This document shows positions 1 through 8,666 of a DNA stretch of 60,457 nt, one piece after another. The position numbers and the translations under genes are program-made. A model generated the notes under the pieces. The model did no database searches. It saw nothing but the letters and a program-made list of their open reading frames with translations, and had not been told where the DNA came from. Location: the sequence record SRR20825006_1000, one strand, 5' to 3'. Within the stretch, counting starts at the first letter, position 1, and the number at the start of each line of letters is the position of its first letter.

Positions 1-213
1 GCTTCAAAACGCCTGTATTCCCAACGCAAGCGGCTCGCCAAAGATGTGGGGTACAAAAAGGCTTTAGCACCGGTTGTGCATCTGTTTCACCGCCGCGAAC
101 GCGGTACGGCTCGTCAAATCAACAGGCCGCCAGGCGAACATGCGTTTCAGATGAACGAGATTGGTCCGGGCCGAAGCCCAGTCGATCGCGTGCGAAGAGT
201 GCTCAGCGAACGC

Positions 214-711
214 TCAAGAGGTCGAGCTTTTGGCGGAATACATCTCGGCGTATTCGATCGCCCAGGAGTCGATCAGTTGGCTGAAGTCTTCCGTTTCCAC
301 TTCCGCGATTTTGGTGTAGTGCGTGCGATTGAAAAGCTCACGGTTCATGACCGTACCTTTGCCTTTCAAGTCCAGCACCCTCAAATCGCTGTACGGCCGA
401 ATGACCAATTCCAAACGGCTGTACAGATTGGTGCGACGCCCGGCATCGAGCCTCAGATCATCTCGGTAACAGGCCGCACCCCAGCCTTCTTCGCCGAAGA
501 CAGATTCGTAGCGGAAACCGGGAAAGTGATCTGCCACGCGACGCACGGCAGTTTCAATTTGTTCTGACAAGGACAAACGATACGACGTGTGAAGTCGTTT
601 CAGCTCTTCCTCGGACATCTCCTTCTGCCGCTCCTGCGAAGCTTCATGCTCCGCGCGCCGGCGTCCACGAGCGATGGCCGATTCCAATCGAGACTGAAAG
701 TCGTCGCTCAT
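214..711 (-). CDS. Hypothetical protein (165 aa), translationally coupled to tex
   Basis: Protein-like ORF; its ATG overlaps the tex stop (ATGA at 708-711); no family recognised. Confidence 0.8.
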   Translation of the reverse strand: MSDDFQSRLESAIARGRRRAEHEASQERQKEMSEEELKRLHTSYRLSLSEQIETAVRRVADHFPGFRYESVFGEEGWGAACYRDDLRLDAGRRTNLYSRLELVIRPYSDLRVLDLKGKGTVMNRELFNRTHYTKIAEVETEDFSQLIDSWAIEYAEMYSAKSSTS

Positions 712-3700
712 TCGTCTCCCTCAGAAGCGGCTGGTTTCGATGCTTCGGCAATTGGAGCCTCGGCCTTTGGCGCGTCCGCAGGTGCAGTGTCAGCCGGCTT
801 CACTTCTGCTGGCTTTTCGGCAACCGGCTTCTCTGCAGCAGGAGGCTTCGCGGCTGGCTTTTTGTCCGCAGGAGGAGTCGTTTGACCTTTCTCCTTGCTG
901 AACATTTGCATCAGATCACCGAAGGATCGCATGGGCTCATCGCCTTTGGCCATCGCATCGCTGATCTTTGGCTTCTCAGGATCCTTGCCGATCACTTCAT
1001 AAACTTCTGGTTTCTTTGGTCCACGACCGCGACCGCCTCGGCCACCATCGCGTCCGCCGGGACGACCACCTGGCTTGCCGCCACGTCCGCCTTGGGCACC
1101 ACGACCTTGCCCCTGTCCACGACCTGGACCGCCGCGTTGTCCACCTTGACCGGTGCGTCCATCGCCTCCGGACTGTCCACCACGACCACGTGGTGCCGAT
1201 TCCGAACGTTGACCTTGCCCGGTGCCTTGAGCACCGCCTTGGCCGCCGCGTTGACCGCGACCGCCTGGGCCACGCCCACCGCGTCCGCCACGTTCGTTCT
1301 GGCGTCGCGACTCCATTGCCGCTTCGCGTTCGGGCGAGATCGCACTGAGTGCCACTCGGCGACGCTTCGCATCCGTCCCTGTCACCCAAGCGGTGATAAC
1401 GTCACCGACTTGAACGGCTTCGTGCAAATCCTCGACGTAGCTGTCCGAGATGCGGCTGACGTGGATCAAGCCACTGCAGTCGGGCGACAACTCAATGAAC
1501 ACGCCGAACGGCATTACACCGACGACCACGCCGATGACTTGATCGCCTTGCTTGAGTTCAGACAACGATGGCATTGCTGTCATCACGGCCGGTGCTTCGC
1601 CCTCGGAAGCTCCTTCGCCGAACGGATCGCACAACCAACGAACCAATTGATGCGAACGCCGTTTTCCGATTTGCCATTCCTTGATCAGCTTGTCGACAGC
1701 GGCACGTTCCGGCATCGGACGACGGACGGGCTCCGGTGCGGCGGGTGCCGCGGGGGCGTCCGCTTCAGCCTTGGTTTCGGCTGCATCGCCACCTGCCGCT
1801 GCGGGCTCTTCACTGGCCTCACCATCGCTTGCAGCGGATTCTTCTGATTCGGCCACGGCTTCCGGTGCGGGGGCATCGTCGGCGGGAGTTTCGTCCGAAC
1901 TGGCTTCCGCGACTGGTTCTTCGCTGGAAGCATCCGAAGCAGGAGCTTCGGTCGATTCCGGCGTGGTTTCCGCTGACAACTCAGCGGAAGATGCACTGGC
2001 GGCGTTTTCCGAATCGGCGTTTTCTGACTCGGTACCGTCTGCTGCCGTTTCTTCAGCGGCGGGAACTGCTTCGCTGGTCGCTTCCGCGGGTGCTTCCACC
2101 GCAGCGGGAGCAGGAGCCGGTGCAGGCGTGCTGTAGTCAGGCAGTTCGTAAGCTGGCGGACGGTCTGGCGGCAGCTCGACATTCAAAGCGGTGGCGAGCT
2201 TCTTTGCGAGTGGATAGTCATCTGGATGAATCAATGTTCCATCGAGCGTTTCTTCGCTAGCGAAAACTCGCAGGAACGGCATCGCTTGACGAGAATTCAC
2301 GACGGATGGCCATTCGACCGCGGTCGCCAAATCTTCGCGGGACGCAATCAGCTTCTCACGACGACGTTCATCAATGGCTTGAGAGATATCAGGCGTGATG
2401 CCGGGCAATCGCTGCATCCAGGTCGTCGCGGTTGAGTTGACATCCACGCCGCCTCGGGCAGCACCGCTGACCATCACGTCCTCGAGTGCTGACAAAACCG
2501 CGTCATCGGACAACTCGCGTTGGAACGAACCAAGTCGCAACTTCAGCGGATCGACTTTGACCAATGCTTGAGCAGGCTGCATCGCAGAAAAAGCGATCCA
2601 GGCGGCCGCTCGGAATCGACGCGGAGTCGATTTCATTTCTTGATCGCCGGCCGGCCCACCGGCATACGCGTCTGCGCCGCTGCGGTCAGCCAAAGTCCAA
2701 CGAACCGATTTGTCCGCTGATTGTTTGATCAGTTCGCCAACCGCGATCATGCAAGCCCGGCGTGCGGGACCGTTGCTGATCACGATCAGATCGACGTGGT
2801 GAGCATGAATCAGCTCGCCCATCTTTGTCACGGCCAACGTCCGCATGGCGGCGGACAATTGACACGGAATGTCTTCGCTGTGAAGCAGACGTCCGTCCGA
2901 TGAGACGATCGAAGTGGCGGCGGTACGAGGGCCAACGGCATCAATCGACATCACCACTTTGGCTTCGACGCCGCCACGGTTGATTTGCGAATGCAAGTTG
3001 TCGGCGGCGATGGAAACCAATCGTGCAGAAGCCTGCTCCTGCAATTCGTCCCACCATGCCGCTTCGGCCGCGTCGCGAATGATGGCTTCGTTTTCGAGCA
3101 CCAACCCGGACAAACGATCCGCCAACGGGCGGTTGAATCCGGCGGCGGTCTTTTGCAATTCCGCGACCAACTTCGCTGCGTCGTAATCAAACGCACACTG
3201 GGCCACTTGGCTTCTCAGGGCACGCCCGAGCATCACCAATTGGAACGAGCTGAGCTTGTTGGCGGGCATACTCTTTCCGGCAAGCGGCTTGAGCGTGCTG
3301 ACCAACCAACGGCGGCGACGTTGCCGAGGAGAAATCTTCTTCGATTTCTTGGCTTTCGCTTTTGCCGGGGCCGCTTTGGCTGCTGGTGCCTGCTTGGTCA
3401 CCGAGGCAGCTGGCTTGTCCGAGGCAGGCTGCTCGGTCGATTCGGCTGATTCCGCCGCTGGGGCAGGTGCTTCGGCAGTCGGTGTTGCTGCTGCAGCAGG
3501 CTGCTCAGCGGAAGGTTGCTCAGAGGGAGCTTCTGCGGCGGCTGGCTCGGTCGGAGCAGCTTGTTCCGCCGGGGCGGCCTCAGCAACCGGCTCGCTGGCT
3601 GGCGTTTGGGCTGCTTCCGCGGTTGACGTTCCCGGACTGCTGGCGGCTTCGGTGCCGCTTGCTTCCGGAGCGGCACCTTCAGCGGCAGCACTTTCAGCAG

Positions 3701-4505
3701 CAGGGGCATCTGCTGCCGGAGTTGCTTCGGCGGTCTCGGTCGCGGCAGCCGAGGCGGGAGCTTCCGAAACTTTCGTTTCAGCGGCAGCTTCGGGTTGGTC
3801 CTTTGCGGGAGCAGCCGACTTTTGGGCTTTGGGCTGAGGATCAGACGATTCCGATGAGTCGTCGTCGGCCTGAATGTGAGGATCGTGAACTTCCATCACG
3901 CGAATTTTCGCGTTGCGAGAAAGCCAACGGACCGCGGCACCGACAATTCGCGGATCGCCGATCAAGCGTTTGGCGATGGTCGCATCCAGCTTTGCCAACG
4001 CACCGTCGACATCGTTCGAGGCGGGCTCTGGTGAGGCTGCTTCGCCCTCGGCCGTGGTTTCTGCTGCGGCTGGTTCGGCAGCCAAGGACTCCGCCAAAGC
4101 CTTCAGGTCTTCGCCATCGCCCTTTTGTGGGTTGAGCGTGCGAACGGCCAAACGCTGGGCCAGGTTTGCCGATTCGCCCGTTTCCAATTTGACCCGGCGA
4201 CTCAGCCGATCAAGCAGACGCTTGGACTGTGCGTTGCCGATCGCTCGTCCAATGGCGGGATCCGCCAGCGGAGTTTGCTTCCAGGCTTCTTGTAGATCAG
4301 ATCGATATTCATCGAGTTTTTTCTGCGTTCGCACCGCGTGTGCGAGGTTCCACAGACTGGCCTCGTCGATATCCCCGAGTTCGTCACGACGATATCGCGA
4401 GAGAAACGGGGGCGTGTAACCTTGCTCAATCAGTGGCAGGGCCAGGCGTAAACTCGAGACCTCGCATCGCCCGCGTTGGGCGATTGCGTCCAGATCAACA
4501 GTCAT
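708..4505 (-). CDS. tex: Tex/YhgF-like transcription accessory protein with S1 domain and large low-complexity insertions
   Basis: Tex N-terminus (LIEQGYTPPFLSRYRRDELGDIDE), YqgF-like region, HhH region (GVDVNS...LDGTLIHPDDY), S1 domain (GVVVGVMPFGVFIEL...GLIHVSRISD), RGG-rich tail. Confidence 0.85.
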   Translation of the reverse strand: MTVDLDAIAQRGRCEVSSLRLALPLIEQGYTPPFLSRYRRDELGDIDEASLWNLAHAVRTQKKLDEYRSDLQEAWKQTPLADPAIGRAIGNAQSKRLLDRLSRRVKLETGESANLAQRLAVRTLNPQKGDGEDLKALAESLAAEPAAAETTAEGEAASPEPASNDVDGALAKLDATIAKRLIGDPRIVGAAVRWLSRNAKIRVMEVHDPHIQADDDSSESSDPQPKAQKSAAPAKDQPEAAAETKVSEAPASAAATETAEATPAADAPAAESAAAEGAAPEASGTEAASSPGTSTAEAAQTPASEPVAEAAPAEQAAPTEPAAAEAPSEQPSAEQPAAAATPTAEAPAPAAESAESTEQPASDKPAASVTKQAPAAKAAPAKAKAKKSKKISPRQRRRRWLVSTLKPLAGKSMPANKLSSFQLVMLGRALRSQVAQCAFDYDAAKLVAELQKTAAGFNRPLADRLSGLVLENEAIIRDAAEAAWWDELQEQASARLVSIAADNLHSQINRGGVEAKVVMSIDAVGPRTAATSIVSSDGRLLHSEDIPCQLSAAMRTLAVTKMGELIHAHHVDLIVISNGPARRACMIAVGELIKQSADKSVRWTLADRSGADAYAGGPAGDQEMKSTPRRFRAAAWIAFSAMQPAQALVKVDPLKLRLGSFQRELSDDAVLSALEDVMVSGAARGGVDVNSTATTWMQRLPGITPDISQAIDERRREKLIASREDLATAVEWPSVVNSRQAMPFLRVFASEETLDGTLIHPDDYPLAKKLATALNVELPPDRPPAYELPDYSTPAPAPAPAAVEAPAEATSEAVPAAEETAADGTESENADSENAASASSAELSAETTPESTEAPASDASSEEPVAEASSDETPADDAPAPEAVAESEESAASDGEASEEPAAAGGDAAETKAEADAPAAPAAPEPVRRPMPERAAVDKLIKEWQIGKRRSHQLVRWLCDPFGEGASEGEAPAVMTAMPSLSELKQGDQVIGVVVGVMPFGVFIELSPDCSGLIHVSRISDSYVEDLHEAVQVGDVITAWVTGTDAKRRRVALSAISPEREAAMESRRQNERGGRGGRGPGGRGQRGGQGGAQGTGQGQRSESAPRGRGGQSGGDGRTGQGGQRGGPGRGQGQGRGAQGGRGGKPGGRPGGRDGGRGGRGRGPKKPEVYEVIGKDPEKPKISDAMAKGDEPMRSFGDLMQMFSKEKGQTTPPADKKPAAKPPAAEKPVAEKPAEVKPADTAPADAPKAEAPIAEASKPAASEGDE

Positions 4506-4794
4506 CGGATGTCGGTCGCTTTGCTAGCATCGTGGGACGATTCGAATGCGCGCGTGGCAAAATCTCTCTCACGAGTGACCTAGCCATCGGTCAAAACATT
4601 GCGGCGATCGAATCGAAAGAAACGGTTGAGATTGAATCGTAAGTGTCGTTCACCATCGCAGATGAAGCCACATTGGGGCGAAATGAAACACCGCCGCCAA
4701 GTCAGCGTCGCGAGGACCTTCGGTGAACAGCCACGAACGGGGGCTTGGAACCAAGGCGGGAGAATAGCGCTGCAGGCCCGAACTGTCAACCTTC

Positions 4795-6069
4795 TCAGAT
4801 CCGCGACACATACTGACCGCTCAAGCGGCGAACAAACCGTTTCATCTCCAAAATACTGACAATCGCGTTGACACGGGATGCGGGAAGCCCGCTGCTGAGC
4901 GTCACTTCGTCGATTGCCGTGCCAGATGTCCCCACCGCAGCGAGCACCTGCCGCTCGACATCATTGAGTGTCATTTCGCGACCGTCCCGAACAACATCAC
5001 CACCTTCAACCGCCGTTGCCTGAGAAACATTTCCGCTCAAAGGCCCCAGCAATTCCAACACATCATCGGCGTGCTGAACCAACGTTGCACCGTCTCGAAT
5101 CAAATGATGACACCCCTGCGACGCCCGACTATTCACTTGGCCAGGCAAGGCACCAACCGAATGCCCCAGCTCGGACGCCAAGCGAGCCGTGATCAGCGAT
5201 CCGCTTCGCATGGGAGCCTCGATGACCAGGGTGGCTTGCCCCAAAGCCGCGATGATTCGATTGCGTTGTGGAAACATTCCGCCACGGGGTTGGGCCATCG
5301 GTGCGTACTCGCTGATGACGGCCCCATGCTCGGAAATTTTGTCTGCAAGAGGTGAATTCTCGGCCGGATAAATTTTCCCCAGCCCGCCACCGAGGACAGC
5401 GATCGTTCGACCCTCGGCCTCCAGTGCGGCACGGTGAGCGGCTGTGTCGACACCTCGAGCCAACCCGCTAACGATCGTCACACCGGCCCGGGCCAAATCC
5501 ATCGCGATGCGGCGAGTTTGCTGCAATCCATACGCTGTCGCATGCCGAGTTCCAACAATCGCAACCGAAATCGTGTCGCGAGGCAAAATCGAGCCACGAC
5601 AAAACATCAGCGGTGGAGCGTCATCGAGTTCTTCCATTGCCGCCGGATAAGACGCCTGACCCCGCCGGAGAATGTTGACATCCATGGCGGCACACCAAGC
5701 AAACACGTCCTCGATATCAACGTGATCACTCGCCGTATCGATCACGTGTGCCAACTTTGGCCCCACACCGTGAACCGACGCCAACGAATTCTTATCCGCA
5801 TTCAATATCGCACGCGCCGAGCCAAACGCTTCCATCAAAGACGTCAACGTCCGTGGCCCCAGCCCAGGAAGCAAGCACAACTGAACCAAGTCGCGAGTCG
5901 AATCGTCGGCCGGTGAGTTCACCTCCTCTGGGGCAAAATCGTCCTTCGCATCAAGTTCTTGATGAGAGACATCCGGACCGGCTGGATTCGAACTGGCATT
6001 TGCCTCGGATCCCGAAACGTTTTCAATTTCGGAAACATCGCAATCGGGAATCGATCGACCGTCGTTCAT
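4795..6069 (-). CDS. dprA: DNA-processing protein DprA/Smf (start uncertain; ORF open to 6162)
   Basis: Motifs VAIVGTR, IVSGLARGVDTAAH, FPQRNRIIA, VIEAPMRSGSLITA; C-terminal winged helix (ILEMKRFVRRL). Confidence 0.93.
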   Translation of the reverse strand: MNDGRSIPDCDVSEIENVSGSEANASSNPAGPDVSHQELDAKDDFAPEEVNSPADDSTRDLVQLCLLPGLGPRTLTSLMEAFGSARAILNADKNSLASVHGVGPKLAHVIDTASDHVDIEDVFAWCAAMDVNILRRGQASYPAAMEELDDAPPLMFCRGSILPRDTISVAIVGTRHATAYGLQQTRRIAMDLARAGVTIVSGLARGVDTAAHRAALEAEGRTIAVLGGGLGKIYPAENSPLADKISEHGAVISEYAPMAQPRGGMFPQRNRIIAALGQATLVIEAPMRSGSLITARLASELGHSVGALPGQVNSRASQGCHHLIRDGATLVQHADDVLELLGPLSGNVSQATAVEGGDVVRDGREMTLNDVERQVLAAVGTSGTAIDEVTLSSGLPASRVNAIVSILEMKRFVRRLSGQYVSRI

Positions 6070-6446
6070 CAGATGGTCACCATTGAATGGACTCGTACGG
6101 GCTGACTCGCGATGAGACTGCTCCAGAGTCTCCACTCCATCGAGCTTGCTTCTCACCCACACGACATTTCACCTGATCAAGGCGAAAGAGTCTCCCCTTC
6201 AAGTTTCTCGTTTTGGGCACAAGTCCGCGTGCTCAACATGACACTCGCGCAACTTCGATCACCGCTGACAATACGCCTAAAAGAATCAAAAACGCGATGT
6301 TCACCCGAGATGACGAACAAGGTGGACATGCTCGGCCCCTGAAGATCAGGCCGATAGAAAAGCTTTCCCAGAGCCACTAGCATACAGTTCTTCTCAGACG
6401 AGTCCTTCGCTCCTTCTTCCTTCGCTCACAATTCACGGTCGACCAT

Positions 6447-7391
6447 ATGTCATTTCGGGCCGCGTCCGACTTATGTCAAAACCTCTGCGATAATTTGGCA
6501 AAAGTCGTTTTGGGCAAAGACGAACTGGTGGATTTGTTGGTCGTTGCTTTGCTGGCCGGCGAACACGTCTTGCTGGAAGACGTTCCCGGTGTCGGCAAGA
6601 CGTTGACCGCCAAAGCGCTCGCGCGAAGCCTGGATGCCAAATTCACGCGGCTCCAATTCACACCTGACTTGCTGCCCAGTGACATCACCGGCAGCATGAT
6701 CTATCGGACCGACACCAGCCAATTCGAATTCGCACCGGGACCAATTTTCGCGAACATCGTTTTGGCGGACGAGATCAACCGCGCCCCGCCACGAACCCAA
6801 TCGGCGTTGCTCGAAGCGATGAGTGAAGGGCAAGTCACCGTCGATGGTGTGACTCACGAATTGCCGAAACCATTCATGGTGGTGGCCACGCAAAACCCTT
6901 TTGAATACGAAGGCACCTATGCGTTGCCCGAGAGTCAACTGGACCGTTTTTTACTGCGAACATCGATCGGTTATCCGTCGCGAAACGTTGAACGCGACAT
7001 TTTGACAACGCACAAATCAGGCGAACCGGTCGACGACCTTCAGTCGATCGTCGGCGCAGCGGAAGTTTCTGCTGCTCAAGAAAACGTCGGAGAAGTCCGC
7101 ATGGACGAATCGTTGGTGGACTATTTGTTGGACATCGTGGAAGCAACACGCCATCACGATGCATTTCAAGTTGGCGTCAGCACACGTGGTTTGCTCAGCT
7201 TCCACCGAGGTTGCCAGGCGATGGCGATTCGTCGAGGTCGCGACTATGTCACGCCTGACGACATCAAACAAATGGCGGTTCCTTCGCTGGCCCACCGAGT
7301 TTTGGCCGAAGGCATCTTCCAAGGTGGCAACCGTGCCGTTGTCGAACAGCAGTTGGCAGATTTGATCGAACCCATTCCCGTGCCGGTTTAA
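6447..7391 (+). CDS. moxR: MoxR-family AAA+ ATPase
   Basis: HVLLEDVPGVGKT (Walker A), RLQFTPDLLPSDITG, LADEINRAPPRTQSALLEAM, ATQNP, LPESQLDRF. Confidence 0.95.
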   Translation: MSFRAASDLCQNLCDNLAKVVLGKDELVDLLVVALLAGEHVLLEDVPGVGKTLTAKALARSLDAKFTRLQFTPDLLPSDITGSMIYRTDTSQFEFAPGPIFANIVLADEINRAPPRTQSALLEAMSEGQVTVDGVTHELPKPFMVVATQNPFEYEGTYALPESQLDRFLLRTSIGYPSRNVERDILTTHKSGEPVDDLQSIVGAAEVSAAQENVGEVRMDESLVDYLLDIVEATRHHDAFQVGVSTRGLLSFHRGCQAMAIRRGRDYVTPDDIKQMAVPSLAHRVLAEGIFQGGNRAVVEQQLADLIEPIPVPV

Positions 7392-7397
7392 ACCACG

Positions 7398-8666
7398 ATG
7401 GTCCTCCAGCGACGCAACACTCGCAATCGCCTGACGCGACTCGGTTGGCAATTCATGCTGATCGGTATGTTCGGGCTTCTTGGCGGGTCGCTCAACGGAT
7501 TGAACCTGCTGATCGTTGTCGCCGCAATGACATTGGCGGTGTTATTGGCGCAGTGGCGAGTCAGTCGATCAACCATCGAATCCGTTCGAGTCGACCGACG
7601 AGTTCCCAGCGAAGTGTTTGCCGGCAAACCCGCCCGAGTTCGCTATCAAGTCAGCAACCAGCATCGATTGATGCCGCTTTGGTTGGTCTGCCTTAGCGAT
7701 CAAATCATGCGAACGGGCGCGGACACTCAAGCCATTGAGTCAACCGACAACGTCGCAACGACAGCAATTGAATCCCGCACGATCCACACCGGCGTTGGAC
7801 TGCTGCTTCCTAACCAGACCACCAGTGCCTACCTCGACCTCACCTTTGAACGACGCGGTCGATACCGATTGGGACGTTGGCGAGTCTCCACAACCGCCCC
7901 CTTTGCTCTGTCGACCGCATGGCGAGAATCGACCGACGAAGAGGAGTTTGTGGACGTCTACCCGCGTCTGTTGAATTTGCCTCGGTCTTGGCGACAACGG
8001 CTTCCCACCAAAGTTGGCAACGTTTCATCATCGGCCCACCGACAGGGCCACGCGGACGAAGTTTTCTTCGGCCTTCGCGAATACCGCCGGGGTGACAGCC
8101 GACGGCACATCCACTGGCGAACCACAGCGAGAATCGGTGACCTGGTGGTGCGTCAATTCGAACAACAACGGCGTTTGGACATCTGTTTTCTGGTGGACTC
8201 CTATTGCCCAGCTTCCGCGGCTGAGAACGATCCCGCTCACCAAAACGTCGAAACGGCGATCAGCCTCGCCGCATCGTTGGTGGTTCAATTGTTTGGTGGT
8301 TCGGGCAGCCAAATCATGCTGAGCGTCGCCGGCCAACAAAATGAAACCTGTGGTGGCGGTTTGTCCCGCGAAGCATTGCGACGGATGTTGCAAATACTCG
8401 CCCGCGTTCAAACCACCGCCACGCCTGATTTGGATCAATCGCTCGAACAAGTCGCCAAAGCAGTCAAGCACTTGCCCGATTTGGTCGTGCTCAGCCCCAG
8501 ACCGTTGGCCCAAGTCTTGGCGTCGGATGACAACCAATCCTCACTCCTGCGACAATGGCAGCAAAGAGGACGCCTGAACTGGGTCAATTTGTCCGGCCGA
8601 GACGCCGCGAATTGGATTGCCGAAGGTTCGTCATCAAAATCATCCGATGAGGCACTTCATGAGTGA
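7398..8666 (+). CDS. DUF58-domain membrane protein
   Basis: Two N-terminal hydrophobic helices; FFGLREYRRGDSRRHIHWRTTAR...LVVRQFE signature; directly follows moxR. Confidence 0.9.
   Translation: MVLQRRNTRNRLTRLGWQFMLIGMFGLLGGSLNGLNLLIVVAAMTLAVLLAQWRVSRSTIESVRVDRRVPSEVFAGKPARVRYQVSNQHRLMPLWLVCLSDQIMRTGADTQAIESTDNVATTAIESRTIHTGVGLLLPNQTTSAYLDLTFERRGRYRLGRWRVSTTAPFALSTAWRESTDEEEFVDVYPRLLNLPRSWRQRLPTKVGNVSSSAHRQGHADEVFFGLREYRRGDSRRHIHWRTTARIGDLVVRQFEQQRRLDICFLVDSYCPASAAENDPAHQNVETAISLAASLVVQLFGGSGSQIMLSVAGQQNETCGGGLSREALRRMLQILARVQTTATPDLDQSLEQVAKAVKHLPDLVVLSPRPLAQVLASDDNQSSLLRQWQQRGRLNWVNLSGRDAANWIAEGSSSKSSDEALHE

Noticed and set aside
882-4419. Many long alternative-frame ORFs over tex (for example 882-1847, 3256-3837, 3362-4135)
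   Set aside because: Shadow ORFs of GC-rich low-complexity coding sequence; no motifs.
4795-6069. dprA as evidence of natural competence
   Set aside because: dprA is widespread in non-competent bacteria and no com genes are in the window.
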